64,000 nucleotides of DNA from Euprymna scolopes (Eukaryota), in NCBI GenBank assembly GCA_053919585.1, contig CM132794.1; one strand, given 5' to 3'. The notes beneath the pieces were generated by a model. That model was given only the letters and a program-made list of their open reading frames with translations. It was not told the DNA's origin and ran no database searches. Both the position numbers and the translations under genes were made by a program. Each line of letters opens with the position of its first letter. Positions within the stretch are counted from its first letter, which is position 1. Positions 1 through 13,401 of the stretch are shown here, one piece after another.

Positions 1-1620
1 TTGTACAGAATGTGAAGCTATTAACAGATTTATTTGAGTCATGTAGAGAGCAAAATTTAACACCATTAAGCTTGCTGGTGAGTCGAGGGGCAGTTGGTCT
101 CTTGGGTGGTCCTTTTGACACGAATTCAGGAGATTTGCATTGTTGAATCTAACAGAATGATGATGATGATAATGATGGAAGAAAAAGAATCTGTGTTCTT
201 AACAGATAATCAAAATGACCCCCACCTCTCACAAGATGGATAGCTGAAGGATTTAAGTGGAAGCCATAAATATATTTCCCAAGCAGTGAAAAATTGGCAT
301 TTATGTTTTAATTGAGAGACCTCCAGAGAATCAAGACAAGTAGATCTGACATCAAGTGGTCAGTTTAGTTGTAATTTACCATGAAGCCCCTTTGGGAAAA
401 GCATTCTAGGACTGATGATAAAAGAAAGACGAAAGAGAAAATGGTTATTTCAAGATAAGGACTGGTTCTCATAAAATTGGACTCTAAAGAAAACTGTTAT
501 TGAATGGTCCCTGAAGTGGTTTTGGAGTATATATAAATGAGCCGAGATAGATCTGAGTGAACATGACAGCTGATAGTGAAGCCATAAAAATTGCCATCCA
601 TGGGGCATGGATATTTATTGCTTTTACTGACCTGCCTAATTCAAATGAGGAGAAGAGGAGGGGGGCTGTTAAAACCAAAAACCTTTTTTCTCTTCAATAA
701 TTTTAAAGGTTGTTTTTTGTTTCCTTTTTTTCTTCTGCATCAGGGCGTTCAGAGCTTGGTGGGAAGTGGCACGTTACTGGACCCAGTGAAAGGGTCTCCG
801 ATTGGCTGTTGACCATTTGGGACCTGTATCAAAAAGGCGGAGTTACAGCCAACCGATTCCAATATAACTAAGACATCGGAAGCAGAAAACACACACACTG
901 CCACACGTCTTCGGCGACCCGTTTCTCCCTGGTTGAGACGTGCCTTTGTTTTCTTTTCTAAGTTGATCTTTTTCTCAAATGTAAACTTTTCATTTGACTT
1001 AGAAAATTGCAACTTAAGGCATATCTATTTTCTTCAGGCCTTAGAAGAAAATATCTAGTTATAGTGATAGACATTCCCACTGCATATTCAATCTTTCCTA
1101 GTGAGAATATTTCCCACATGTGTCTCCTCTCCTGCAGGCTTGTAGTTCTCTGACATATTTAACTGTCTAAGACCTCGGCAGATTTCTTGGATTTACTTGA
1201 AGTAGATTTCTCTCTGCAAGATGCAAATCCGTTAGGTAATTTAGACAAAATCACTTCAACAGTATAAACTTTGTCAGGTAACTTAGACGAGTTCACTTCA
1301 ACATTTTACGTCCTGTTTAGATGAAGAGAAGATTGCACGTCAACACATTTCCAGTGTCAAGCTCCAACTGACAACTTCAGCTTGAATTTTATCACAAAAC
1401 GTGGGAATGCGCAGTTCAACTAATCAACAGGCAGAAATGAGTCGCATGACTAACAACATCAGTAGCTGTGAAACAAACTCAAGAGAAAGGAAGAAGAGGA
1501 AAAAAAGGAGAAGAAATATATTCCAAAAAGAAATTCTACAAAGTTTATGAAAATGCAATGCACTTCTACATATTAATATGTAATAAAAACCATTGCACAA
1601 AAGAAATAATAAAAAAATTT

Positions 1621-1790
1621 TCATTCATTTGCGGAGGTTATCAAAAGAGGTGGAAAGTACTCGAAATCTGGGGAGACTTGTTGTCATCCAAATACACATC
1701 AAGAATGTTGGAGGTTACATCGACTGAAATATTGTGAAAATGAAACTCAAGATGAGAACAGTAATACGAAAAATCCAAATAATACAATTA
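1621..1790 (+). mobile_element. Decayed SINE-like fragment with Penelope-type hammerhead tail
   Basis: 1693-1765 (tacacatcaagaatgttggaggttacatcgactgaaatattgtgaaaatgaaactcaagatgagaacagta) aligns by eye with the tails at 16884, 41969, 49979 and 59024; the catalytic core is degenerate. Confidence 0.5.
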
Positions 1791-2628
1791 ACTAATCCTC
1801 ATCTCAAAAGTTCAGACACATAATCCTTTTTTATAATCACAAAAGGATTTATTCAATTGCCTGCAGCATTTAGTATAGATGAAAGAAAGGTGGATAGTGT
1901 CCAAGTGAAGAAAAGAAATATATTGGAAGTTTTTCGGGCAGACGAAGACCTGTCTGCAGACAAAGATAGCTGAGGCTTAAGCATCCAGTGGACAGAGACA
2001 GGAGAAAAAGGGAAGATCTTTCCTCGTGTCTTTCAGGATTTTCTCTGCCGACTGACCAAAGGAGCTGAAGTAATTCTTCAGATTATAGATAAAATCAATG
2101 TGCCCTGCAAACTGATTGCGTAGTGGATGACCAAATCACCTAACAGAGACATTTCTCCGTTTGAGAAAATAAGTTTGTTTTTTTATGACTGCTACAGACT
2201 CTGTCTCAATTGCAGAAGCCTATATAGGTTTGCAGAACTAGGCAGAAATTCAATCAAGTGTCTGGGTTGTTTAAAAAGAAACAGAAAACCTTTACAACTG
2301 GTCACAAAGGGCCCTTTCAAGAATTAATAGAAAAATTTTCAATGTTATACTGAACATTGGAAAGAATGAACAAAAGCATTTTGTCAACGTAATGTGACTC
2401 TTTATAAATGTGTCTTTTTTTAAACTTTGCTTGTTCTTCTGTTTCAGAACTAGTGTTTTCCTTTTCTTCACTACTAGGGTTTACATATTTGTTCCTGTTA
2501 GTGTTGGGACAAATCCAATATTTTCTCGGATTTTGATAAAATTAATGATTCAAATACACTTACCAATTCCAACTCTGAGTGTGAAATCGCCTAATTAGTT
2601 CATTTGTGGAGGTAGTGAAGAGTCCTCA

Positions 2629-2630
<2 letters not shown>

Positions 2631-2670
<40 letters not shown>

Positions 2671-3342
2671 AAAGAGAACTTGTGTCTGTGACTATATAAG
2701 TTCGTTTCCTATAGACTCCGAAACGGCTGGGCCGATTTTTATGAAATTTAACTCAAATATGCTTTATGTATCTGGCAGTGTTCTTAGATAAGTTTTGTAC
2801 TGAAATGTCTTTGATAAGTATCGATAATAAAAAAAAAACATGAAAGAAGAAACAGGCGATTTTGACTAAACTTAACACCTTATAGAGGTTAACATCACAA
2901 GTGCATTTGAGAAGTTTTATTAGCAAACAAACAGAAAGGTCAGACGGTCAGACATATGAGATTAACAGTAAGTTCTTTGATATGACAGAGGCGCGTTCAA
3001 AATTAAATGAATGCTTCTGTTTAGAGCACAATTGAAGCATGATGCTTGACTTTTACATTTTAAACTTTAATCCAAGCTATTATATATAAAAAATAATTTT
3101 ATAAAATGAACAATAGATTCTCTACAGTACAATGTAGACTACAATATATTGTGAACTAAGTCACTGCAGAGAGGCATAAGAAGCTTCCTTTCAGTGTACC
3201 ATAGTGGATCCCCAACTAGAGAAGGCTATCAATTGATTTGATTGAAAAATGGTCGATTTCACCGATTTTGATGACAATAAAAATATGCGAATGTGAAAAT
3301 CCCTTGATCATTATTCCAGACAACGTCGGGTCTTCCTGCTAG
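2631..3342 (+). mobile_element. Non-autonomous Helitron-like element (family A)
   Basis: 5' TC within a (TCTA)n tract, then GAAACGGCTGGGCCGATTTTTATGAAATTT; 3' hairpin ccagacaacgtcggg and CTAG|T end at 3339-3343; collinear along its length with 61145-61765. Confidence 0.75.
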
Positions 3343-3639
3343 TCCACTTTTAAATGTAAATATAATTTTCTTTTTGATTTGACAAACTTCTTAATGGTTT
3401 CACTCTAGGTATTGTATTTAACATTTTGCTACACTTAGTGTGACATTTTCATTTATATTTTTCACTTATGCCATTTTTGCCTATTTATTCATTCACTGGC
3501 AGGACCTGTGGAAATTCCACAAGGGACTAATTCATATGTAATACATTGATGTTGGCATTCTGTAGATGTTTAGTGTAAATGGAGACGCTCTGATGTTATT
3601 GTAGCTTTTTTGTTAAAACTGCAAAAAGTATTTATCTAA

Positions 3640-3847
3640 CTTAGCACAAATGCCCGGCAAAGCCCAGTCGTAAAGTACGCTTAAATATGATGTTTTAATT
3701 CTTGCAGATTTCGTATATATTATTATAGAGTTAATGTTCTGTCGATTTTTATGTATTATAATGTTGCGATTTCAAAAATAAAAAAGTATATATCTATATG
3801 ACTTGGGTGCATTAGCTTGAATCGAAACTGAAATAAAATTTAATGAA

Positions 3848-3905
<58 letters not shown>

Positions 3906-4241
3906 CTTCAGTTCCTTCAGCCATAAATGGAGCTGAAAACAAAACTTATGAAGAATGCTTGATAAAATTATTTACAAAAAAAATAGATTACTGGAGTGCC
4001 ATCAGTTATAATCGAAATCAAAACCAAAACCAAAACTTATGAAGAATTCTTGATAAAATTATTTATAAACAACATAGATAACTTAAGTGCCATCAGCTAT
4101 AATCGAAACCGAAACCAAAACTTCTGAAGAATTCTTGGTAAAATTATTTATAACAAGAAATGGAAGTACATAACAATTAAACGACCCGGATGTAAGTGTG
4201 ACACAGAAAATAACACACATGCTATCCTATTAATATATAGA
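3640..4241 (-). mobile_element. Non-autonomous Helitron-like element with tandem tRNA-like 3' fragments
   Basis: Minus-strand 5' TCTATATATTAATAGG at 4241; 3' hairpin gcccggcaaagccc near 3651; the motif gtgccatcagctataatcgaaacc is repeated internally (about 3807, 3996, 4087). Confidence 0.6.
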
Positions 4242-4546
4242 TGATATTTTTTACTAAAGCTATTTTACCGGGTCATTTTTCACTGCCATTTTTACCTACA
4301 TTCATTAATATTAACTATAAATTTTTGTTTTACTGGTAGATTTAAAATCAATAAATATTTATCGTTTTATCATCAATACCAACAATCGAAAATGAAGTTT
4401 AAAATAAAAATTAAATTTTTTTTTTAGCGCTTTTGTAATTAGGAATTAGGTTCAAACTTTTCCAATTCCAATACCTCAAAAAATTCTGATTATCATCCCA
4501 ACACTAGTTGCTATATGTTTCCTTTCATAATTTTTAAGCATGTGAG

Positions 4547-6030
4547 TTGTCCCCCTTTTTTCTCCTTTTGTTTCTCACAATACCCATGATTTGTTTTAGA
4601 CTTAGCAACCATTTTAAAGTGGAAGTGATATTAGAGCAGAGATATCGCCCGTGGATATATATTTTCAGTGCCAACATGATGACAATTACAGCTTGTCATC
4701 CCATACTACCCACATGGGAAATTCAGAACAAAACGCTAGCATGATTTCCAAATCACAGTCTTCTGTCTTGTGGTGACTTAACCTTAACCCGAATCTTACT
4801 AACAGTAAAAAGCAAAAAACACTTTTTCTTTCTCTGCTTCATTGGAATTTGCTTTCCTTCACACTTCTCAAAGCAAGGAAATTTTCACAGAAACGTGTAA
4901 ATTCTAAGTATTTTCAACCAATGATAATCTTCACAAACCTCAAAAAGTAACACATACATGCGAAAATAGTAAACTGACACAAAGTTAGAAACTCTTATAA
5001 AACAAACATCCAAAATCTAAAAGCACATAGAATTTTAAAGCCAGTCGCAGTAGTGAAGGATTTTAGAATGTCTACTCAACACTCCCTCTGCCCTTTGGTC
5101 GGAAGAAGCAGAAAGGACTTAATAACTCACATGCCAGCCTTTATTAATTCGTGCACATCTATATATGTACTAACAATTGCAATATAAACTTATGTATTTG
5201 GGCCGAGGGAGATAAGTCACAATAGAAAAGAACTCAATGACTCACATACCAGCTGTCTTCATCTCATGCACACATTTATACACACTATTGAAATTCAAAC
5301 AAACAAAGACGAATTACTACTTACAGCTATACATGTAGTAGCAATTACAAGGTAAACCCATGCACACACATATACAATGCCATGATGCTAAATACTCACA
5401 TACGTATATTCACATAATGAACATTTTGACTTGCACCTACTAACTCAACTTTCTCTACCAAACATGTTTCTACTATAAACCTTTTCTATTATTGAAAGTA
5501 ACTTTTTATATTCTCTTGTAAAAAATGTTTTGTTATAGATTTCCTTTTTCTCCATTTTTCGTTGATGTATTTTAGGTCACAAGTGCTACCGGCTAACCTT
5601 TCTATTCTTCCAATGTTTCATGTATTTTCATTTTTATATGCAGACCCATATATATCCTTTATTTTACCACTTCGCTGAAGTATAACTATTAAACCCAATT
5701 AATATTAAATGGTGGTGACGATAGAGTCTTTGAGTATTGCTAAGAAAGACTCTATCATCATCCAATATGGCCTTACTAAAACCAGCAGCCACACTACACA
5801 TTGTCCCCTTTTTACTTCTTTTGTTTGTCACAATACCATGATTTGTTTTAGACTTGGTAATTATTTTAAAGTGGGAGTGATATTAGAGCAGAGATATCTC
5901 CCTTCAATATATTTTTCCAATGCCACCATGAGATGAAACTTTCAATTTGTAATCCCATTCTACCCACATGGAAAATTTAGAACAAACCTTAATTTTCTAC
6001 CATGATTTCAAATCACACGGGCTTCTGTAC
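4547..6030. repeat. Diverged ~230-bp direct repeats (4547-4770 and 5801-6030) flanking ~1 kb
   Basis: Both copies share ...cacaatac(c)atgatttgttttagactt...ttttaaagtgg.agtgatattagagcagagatatc...cccat.ctacccacatgg.aaatt.agaacaaa; the overlapping ORF translations are near-identical in the middle. Confidence 0.75.
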
Positions 6031-6761
6031 GACCTACTCTCCATTTGAAGATGACCTTTAAAAAATCTTACCATTAAATATCGTTCTAATAGAATCAATC
6101 ACTCTTCAGCCCTTGTCCAAAAAACTTAAACGGTTTCATACATTGGTGCCAGAGAGATTTCAATATAAGGACAATTTTAATATTCCATGCTATCATAGAT
6201 AGATTTCATTTTTTTTTTTTTCCTATCATCACCTTCATTGTTATTGTAATGGAAGTGATGGCATTCTTTGCTTAGTACACATTTGTTTGTTTTTTATTTG
6301 TGCACAGCTTACATATTACACCTCTCTTAACATTCTTTTTTATGTTTGTCTATGATAGATCTTGAATAAATTAAATGTCAATGTATTCAACCGTTTCTTT
6401 TCTATTATCCTTTGTTAACGTTGTTTGGTTCTCTTCCACTGCAAGAACTGTGACGCCAAGGTCAGAAAGTGGGATTGAGAAGTCAGCGCCCCCGAGAAGG
6501 GGCACTCTGACCTGCAAAAAATGCCTAGGTAGCCCCTTAAGCATTCCTTAGTGACAGCGCCCCAGGCGATTAGCAATAAACTAACCAATTCTCAAAGAGA
6601 GAAGGCAATGCCTGGGAGGGTGTGTTGTATATATACATGCGTTTGTGACGTATTTGTGCTGCAGAAGGGTTCTATATATGTGTATACTGTTTGCATCATG
6701 ATGTGCTGAAGGTGTGCGTGGCACTAATAAATATCTGTTGCGTTCTTATCATAATGGACCA

Positions 6762-7433
6762 TATGTATGTATCTATGTATGTATCTATGTATGTATCGAT
6801 GTATGTATCTATGTATGTATCTATGTATGTATCGATGTATGTATCTATGTATGTATCGATGTATGTATCTATGTATGTATCGATGTATGTATCTANNNNN
6901 NNNNNNNNNNNNNNNNNNNNNNNNNNNNNNNNNNNNNNNNNNNNNNNNNNNNNNNNNNNNNNNNNNNNNNNNNNNNNNNNNNNNNNNNNNNNNNNNNNNN
7001 NNNNNNNNNNNNNNNNNNNNNNNNNNNNNTATGTATGTATCGATGTATGTATCGATGTATGTATCTATGTATGTATCTATGTATGTATCTATGTATGTAT
7101 CGATGTATGTATCGATGTATGTATCTATGTATGTATCGATGTATGTATCTATGTACGTATCTANNNNNNNNNNNNNNNNNNNNNNNNNNNNNNNNNNNNN
7201 NNNNNNNNNNNNNNNNNNNNNNNNNNNNNNNNNNNNNNNNNNNNNNNNNNNNNNNNNNNNNNNNNNNNNNNNNNNNNNNNNNNNNNNNNNNNNNNNNNNN
7301 NNNNNGATGTATGTATCGATGTATGTATCTATGTATGTATCTATGTATGTATCTATGTACGTATCTATGTATGTATCGATGTATGTATCGATGTATGTAT
7401 CGATGTATGTATCTATGTATGTATCTATGTATG
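6762..7433. repeat. 12-bp tandem repeat ATGTATGTATC(T/G), with two N gaps
   Basis: Directly visible; N runs at about 6896-7029 and 7164-7305. Confidence 0.95.
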
Positions 7434-7981
7434 TCCTATTTGTGGTCTATAATGGACTGTTGTCCTCAGATCTTTAATGTCTATTTTAGCGGCCCATGAT
7501 TCATCTAGGTGTTGATGCGTGCTTGCATGTCAGAACATATAATACACATAACATATACATGATACCTGTTTCTGCTATTTTTTCTTTTGAGAGTTTCGTT
7601 AACCATCCTTGAGGGAGCTGGAATCTGTTTAAAGGTCCACTATAAGGCAGGACCCAGGACGATGTGAGATTTTATATATTTTATTCACTCCCAGGTATTT
7701 GTCATAGTAGAAGAGAGTGATCGATGACCTTTGGCTTGGGGGGGGTCTTCTGTCTCCCTTCTGAGGCCCCCTCTCCCTCATGGAGAGACCCGTTTTTAGC
7801 CCACCTGTCTTCCTCTGTGTCTCCAATCCAATTACTTCTATGCTTGCACAAACTGGAACATGATATGTGACACATCACTTCCAGTCCTTGTTTGGACAAT
7901 TTCCAGTGTAAACTGACCGGTCATAGAGTTTGACAACCTGTCAAAACATGACAATTCAAATCTCTGCTGTCCACTCATCGC

Positions 7982-8037
<56 letters not shown>

Positions 8038-8075
8038 TAAGGAGATGGGTAGACAGATAAACCGATAATTTACTG

Positions 8076-8950
8076 CTTCTGTCAGGCTATTCTCCAATTG
8101 ATTTTGGGAGTCCATTTGTTGAAATTTGCAAATAGAATCTCACTGTGGTATCATGGAAAACAAAATCTTATCAGACGGAATAACATTTGGACATTATTTT
8201 GAATGTGATTTAAACAAAGAGTACAAATCCGAATCGCGTATTTCTCAGTTCCAGTAAAAATGCTTTGGCCTGTCAACACTGTTGGACAAATCTGATATAT
8301 GGATATAGTTCCAGAATGATCTTTGCCATAACGATATATGGCCATCTGTATTGGATCAACCCCCAATTTGGGGAAAATTGTTCCCACACAGTATTTAAGG
8401 AGAGCACGTAATAAAAATAACTCAACAATTATGGATTTATAATAATAATACAGTTTGGAAAACATATCTGGACCTTATTCTACGCTCAAATTGCTGAAAT
8501 GATTAAAATGTGATTCATCAAGATTCATACTCCCTTTTTTCTTCAGTCTAGGACTTTCAATCCTTATTTATTTCGAAACTTTACTCAAGGATGATATACC
8601 AATCCACCAGCATCTTAATTGAACTTTTCAGCTTTCTACTAAAAGAAAACACCTAACTACAAACTTTTAGCAAGCCGCAGGTGGAGGAATAGAAATTACG
8701 AGTGGCCACTTAACAAATCTGGAAGCCTGAAAAACTTGCAATCATTTTGTAATTACAGACACATAAACAACGCAGTGTTTAAGGTGAGTAATTCTAATTG
8801 CAAATTCTTGAGTTTTCACGATTCTTTTAGCTGTGCAGAATACAAATTCAACATCTTAGCTCTTTCTGATACATGTATTGAGCATTTGTTGATAAACCTA
8901 CGATCTTGGCTATCCCAACACATGGTCATTCTGACAACTGAACATAGGAT
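8076..8950 (+). pseudogene. Possible decayed, intron-containing transposase-like sequence
   Basis: Broken frames include HCGIMENKILSDGITFG (CG..DG..G spacing reminiscent of CxC/KDZ-type transposases); an open exon-like block at 8671-8783 ends at AAG|GTGAGT; many stops. The family assignment is weak. Confidence 0.25.
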
Positions 8951-9344
8951 CAGTGATACATTTTTTTGTTGCATGGCCAAAAAGTGGGATTATTTCATGT
9001 TAAATTTATATACAAACTCTAAATTTTAGAATAATTGGAAGTTTTGATTATTTTTTAAGTTTTTCAAGGTGTTCTGGCATAATCGCCTAAAAAGTAAATT
9101 TATTTTTAAGAGAGGAGGTAATTCAATGGAGAGTGCTAATCTACAAATTTACATAAATTTGAATTATTTTAGGACCATTAGTAACATCTCAGAAAAAATA
9201 ATTGCTTTTATTCAAGGTAAAAGAGATATTTCTACAGAACCTATAGTATAATTGAGCTATAAATTTGTCTTTTTTGTACTTATTTAGATTGACACTTATG
9301 GCAGCAATTAAAAGTAAAGAAAATATAGAAAGTCTGTATGATGT

Positions 9345-10257
9345 GTGTACCAGTCACAGAACGAAGATGAAATATACCAAAAATCACATAATTTGATTGA
9401 GTAATTTTTTGTGTTTTGTTTGTTTGTTTTTGTTTTTTGTTTTTTTCATTCAAGAAAATCAAATTTTAATCCATGTCAATACTGGGGGAAGGAGCGTCCA
9501 TGGAAGAATCAAGGGCAGACAACCGACTTTCATTTCAAATTGTTTTTGCCGTTTTTGTTCTGGGATACTGTCGGAAAGACAATCAAAACGTACGATTTAA
9601 AACCAAACAATAATTTATTAACATAAAGAGTATATTTTCTTTTTTTTTCTTTTTCAGAACAAAAGTTTTTGGGTTTTTTTACATCCACAGAGGTACGAGA
9701 AATTTGTCAAAAAGCAAATATATAACAAATAAATGTTATCAAAGGTGTACAAGCCCTTTCTAGTCTCGCACAAAAACACGCGTTCACATCTCAAGCCATT
9801 TTTCTTGTCATACACATACGCATCCACATACACACACGTAGATATATTCACATTTGCGAACATACACTCACATTCACACACACATGCTAACGTACACACA
9901 CATACGCACACATGGGAAACGTCACTTCTCCTTTAAGGGAAATCCACACATGCGCAAAAGACCACCGGAAACAACTATAAAAGCAGGAAACGTAAGCTGC
10001 TTCCCTCTTTTCGACTTAGCTCCTGAGCTGAGCGGTCAACAGACCATTTGCTCCCTTTCGGGGCACGCACGCCTGCACGCGTCACGTCCCCTGCTACTAT
10101 GTGTGGGGACAAGAGTCAACAGACAGTACATACACCTTACACGCTTTCTATCTCCATGAACTGGATTGACTTTCACTCTCTCTCTACCTCTCCAACAATA
10201 GACTTTCCCTCTCACCAGCTAACAGCGAGAGACGCACACTAAACTGGATTGACTTTC

Positions 10258-10316
<59 letters not shown>

Positions 10317-11770
10317 AACAATAGACTTTCCTTCTCACCAGTTAACAGCAAGAGACGCACGCCAAACTAAACATCTGCTGTACCCTTTTCTTTCATTTGT
10401 TTCTTCATGAAATAAATCCTAGTTCGTTTAATTCAATAAACGCATTGTTCGTTTCTTCCTCAAAACAATTCATTTTTCCTATTTCTTAACGACTGGGGGA
10501 TATGTATAACATATCCACCACACCACAACAAAGGCAAGAAAAGTTATTTTTCTAACCAACTGATAGAAATTTGACAATTACATCATGCCTCTGATTGTAT
10601 TGTTTTAGACCAATCAGATTGACCAATTTTATTCTCTGCAAAGTGTTGCGCTTTCGCGGGTTTTTGTATTTTGTGTGTTTGCTTCTCAGTTTCAGCGAAG
10701 GACCCAAACGGGGTCGATGGGCAGAATCCGCTCCAGTTACATCAAGCAGTCAAAACCGAGAAGAAGAAGGAGGTTTTACCCCCTCCCCCCTGCGCAGGAG
10801 GCATGAAGCCTCTTTCATTTCTCTGAGACATTTTATCTTATGCCTAAATAATTAGACACATTACCATAAGTCTGCTAGAGACTTTGAGACAATTTATTCC
10901 ATGCCTAAATATAGACACATCTTCATCAAGTCTGTTAGAGACTTTCATTCGTATAAATTATGACACTAACATTTTCATGTACTTCCGCACTATGCAGTCA
11001 GTGCGAATATTGGATCCTTTACATCAGAAGGTATCTTATCGACCCCTTCGATGGCTGCAAACTCTTATCTTTGAAGACAGAATGAACCTGCTTCCATTTC
11101 CTGTTGAAGATGAAACAGCTCTGTTTACATTCCTTTTTTGCAACTAAAGATCAATAAAATGTGTATTGAATTTTAAAGGTAGGCCTTTGTTGTGATTGTC
11201 TTATTTTGCCATTGTTCAAGGAGCAAAAAACGGTTATAAAGATTTCTTACAATACTACCAATAAATCACGGTAACATCTACTAAGTTTCTACCACTATTT
11301 TACTTTAATTTTAGCTCGTTCTCAAAACTTCAAAGACGTAACGAGACCTTGCCGCCATTTTTTCTTCTTTGCACCTAGCACTTATACTACTTGTTTTTCG
11401 AGCCGAATAAACATTTTACATTGAATTACATTAAATAAAAACACTAAAAACTTAATCAGTTAGGTAGAAAAGTAACTTAATATTGCCTTGGTTAACATTT
11501 ATTTATTATATATTTGTTTTTTGTTTTTTATAAGTTTTTCGTACCTCTGTGAATCGTAAAACAGCCCCAAATTTTCAAATAATGAAAATATTACTTTTGT
11601 AGGATCATTTTAAATAAGTTAAAATGAAAATTTGAAGAATATAAAAATGGCTCCGGCCTTCACTTATCGGTAAAAAATACGGCAATTTCTTTTTTTCGAA
11701 AATAAAAAGAACTACTTGATCAATTTTTGTGATTTTTAGAATATACTATTTTTATTCCGTGACAAGTAGG
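9345..11770. mobile_element. Old long-inverted-repeat (foldback/MITE-like) element
   Basis: 9661-9745 plus 10531-10566 is the reverse complement of about 11452-11580 (cacagaggtacga...aaatatataa.aaataaatgtta.caaggcaa...aagtta.ttttcta); 9352-9405 is the reverse complement of about 11710-11765. Confidence 0.6.
9746..10530 (+). mobile_element. Solo LTR, 785 bp
   Basis: TGT...ACA termini; 4-bp TSD AAGG (9742-9745, 10531-10534); TATAAAA near 9976 and AATAAA near 10410 and 10435; removing it restores the interrupted inverted-repeat arm. Confidence 0.85.
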
Positions 11771-11775
11771 TATGC

Positions 11776-12016
11776 GATAAAAGTTTTGGTGCTAGTGCAG
11801 TGTCAGTGAGTGCACTTATTGATTCGCGCTATTTTTTAAATAGTATTTTCAAGTTTCATTAAAGTATATGTTTTTTATTAAATTAAATACAGAATAGGTA
11901 TAAAACACCCTTCCATCCCCATGTTAAGAATGGCTTTCTAAATAATAAAGTTATTATTACAACGTGGATCAATAAGTGCACTTGCCTTCTTGCACTAGTA
12001 CCAAAGATTTTATTCG
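11776..12016. mobile_element. MITE-like element with ~53-bp imperfect TIRs
   Basis: 11776-11828 (cgataaaagttttggtgctagtgca...gtgcacttattgattcgcg) is the inverted counterpart of 11963-12016. Confidence 0.65.
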
Positions 12017-12029
12017 TTTTTGTTTATCG

Positions 12030-12270
12030 CCATATGAGCGGCGCTCATAATGAGCGCCAATCTGAATAAGCAAAGGTTTGTTTGTTTGCTTTTTTTTGTT
12101 TTTTGTTTTTTTTAATCTGCTCAGTGTTTCAACCCAGTTTTCTTTGTTCTTTTCTTGTTTTACAAATGATATCCGCGATTTATTTCTTGCCGGTTGCTAA
12201 GATAAACACGGGGGCGGGGGGTTATAACTGGTTCGGCCGGTGGGTCCGACCGAACACACCGGCTTCTTCT
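12030..12270 (+). promoter_or_regulatory. Putative TMTC3 promoter region
   Basis: Local CpG-rich patch in AT-rich DNA; GC box GGGGCGGGG at 12211-12219; X-box-like GTTGCTAAGATAAAC at 12193-12207; lies 0.4-0.6 kb upstream of the predicted start codon. Confidence 0.55.
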
Positions 12271-12674
12271 TTGTGTGATAAGATTTAAAAAAAAAAAAAA
12301 AAAAACATTTCGTGTTGCTTCCTCAAGCAGATCACGTAAAAAAAAGTGCTGCGTTGCAAGGAAGAGAGGAAAGATACAAGAAAAGTTTTCACTCCAATTA
12401 ATAGCATGAAGTGTTAAGTTTTTTTGAGATTTCTTTTCACTTTTTTTTACATGGAAATCGCTGATTTTGCAATAATTTTATTTTAGTGGTAAGTTCGTAC
12501 GCAATATAAATAATTCAAAATTTTTGGTTTACATAAATTACAAAATAATCAGAATTTTTTTTTTTTTTTTTTTTACTCCTTATAATTTATTTTATTTTGT
12601 ATATTTAAGGGATTTTCTGAATACGGAATACGAAACCTGTGGCTGAACTTTAACGACTAAACTCTGCACTAAAC

Positions 12675-12691
12675 ATGGTGTCTAAAAGCCA
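12675..12691 (+). CDS. TMTC3: Predicted first coding exon of TMTC3 (MVSKS + 2 nt)
   Basis: aaacATGG start context; ATG GTG TCT AAA AGC CA then a consensus donor GTAAGT at 12692; phase 2 matches the phase-2 acceptor at 57509, giving [14 protein letters not shown]...; adjacent to the GC-box region. Confidence 0.6.
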
Positions 12692-13252
12692 GTAAGTTTT
12701 TGTTATTTATTTCATTCTTAAATTACCTGAAACCGGCGACTCGTTTGATGGATTAGAAGCTGTCCACTCTGTCAACATTGGATTATTTATCTGGGTACGT
12801 GAAGTATTTACTTTATTAAAATGACCTTATCTGTCCATTGTATCTACTTGACGAAGTGCGATTGTCTCGTGTCGTGTTGTACATGTGTCTTTTTGTTGGT
12901 TAAAAGATGATTCAGTTGATGATCGTCTGCCTTCTTTTTTTTTTTTAATCTCTTGTTTATTTGTCTCTCAGAGCATCTGTTGTTTTTAATCAATAGTCAA
13001 CTTAAAAATAATCATATATTTATAAATATATAAGTAATAGTGTCATTCGGTGCTATAGAGAAATAAGAAGTGCTCAATTACTCGTGTAAGCGAATATATT
13101 TATTTCATGTCGCATGAAATGTTATGAGAGATATGATATTTGATGTATTCAGTATTTACTTTGTGCTCAAGTGAGTAGAAAGCTAGATAGTAATTTATGA
13201 AAATATATGGAAATTAAGCTAAACGGATTTTTAAGCGTTTCATCGCCGTAAG

Positions 13253-13294
<42 letters not shown>

Positions 13295-13361
13295 TTGTGA
13301 TTCAATGAATTTCAAAAAACTCTCATTGAAATGAAATGAAGAGGAGACAAAGTCAAATAAA

Positions 13362-13398
<37 letters not shown>

Positions 13399-13401
<3 letters not shown>

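Noticed and set aside
50-2330. Coding-like composition on the minus strand
   Set aside because: Frequent stops and no recognisable motif; probably an old TE but not assignable by eye.
6691-7499. Long ORFs with MYVS/YVCI repeats
   Set aside because: Translations of a 12-bp tandem repeat spanning N gaps.
6449-7950. Possible LTR starting TGTGACGCC
   Set aside because: No matching CA end with a target-site duplication could be found.
11311-11358. Start of a divergent gene (CEP290 is head-to-head with TMTC3 in vertebrates) at minus-strand AAAATGGCGGC
   Set aside because: The ORF closes after 15 codons with no good donor, and I found no CEP290-like exons in 1-12000.
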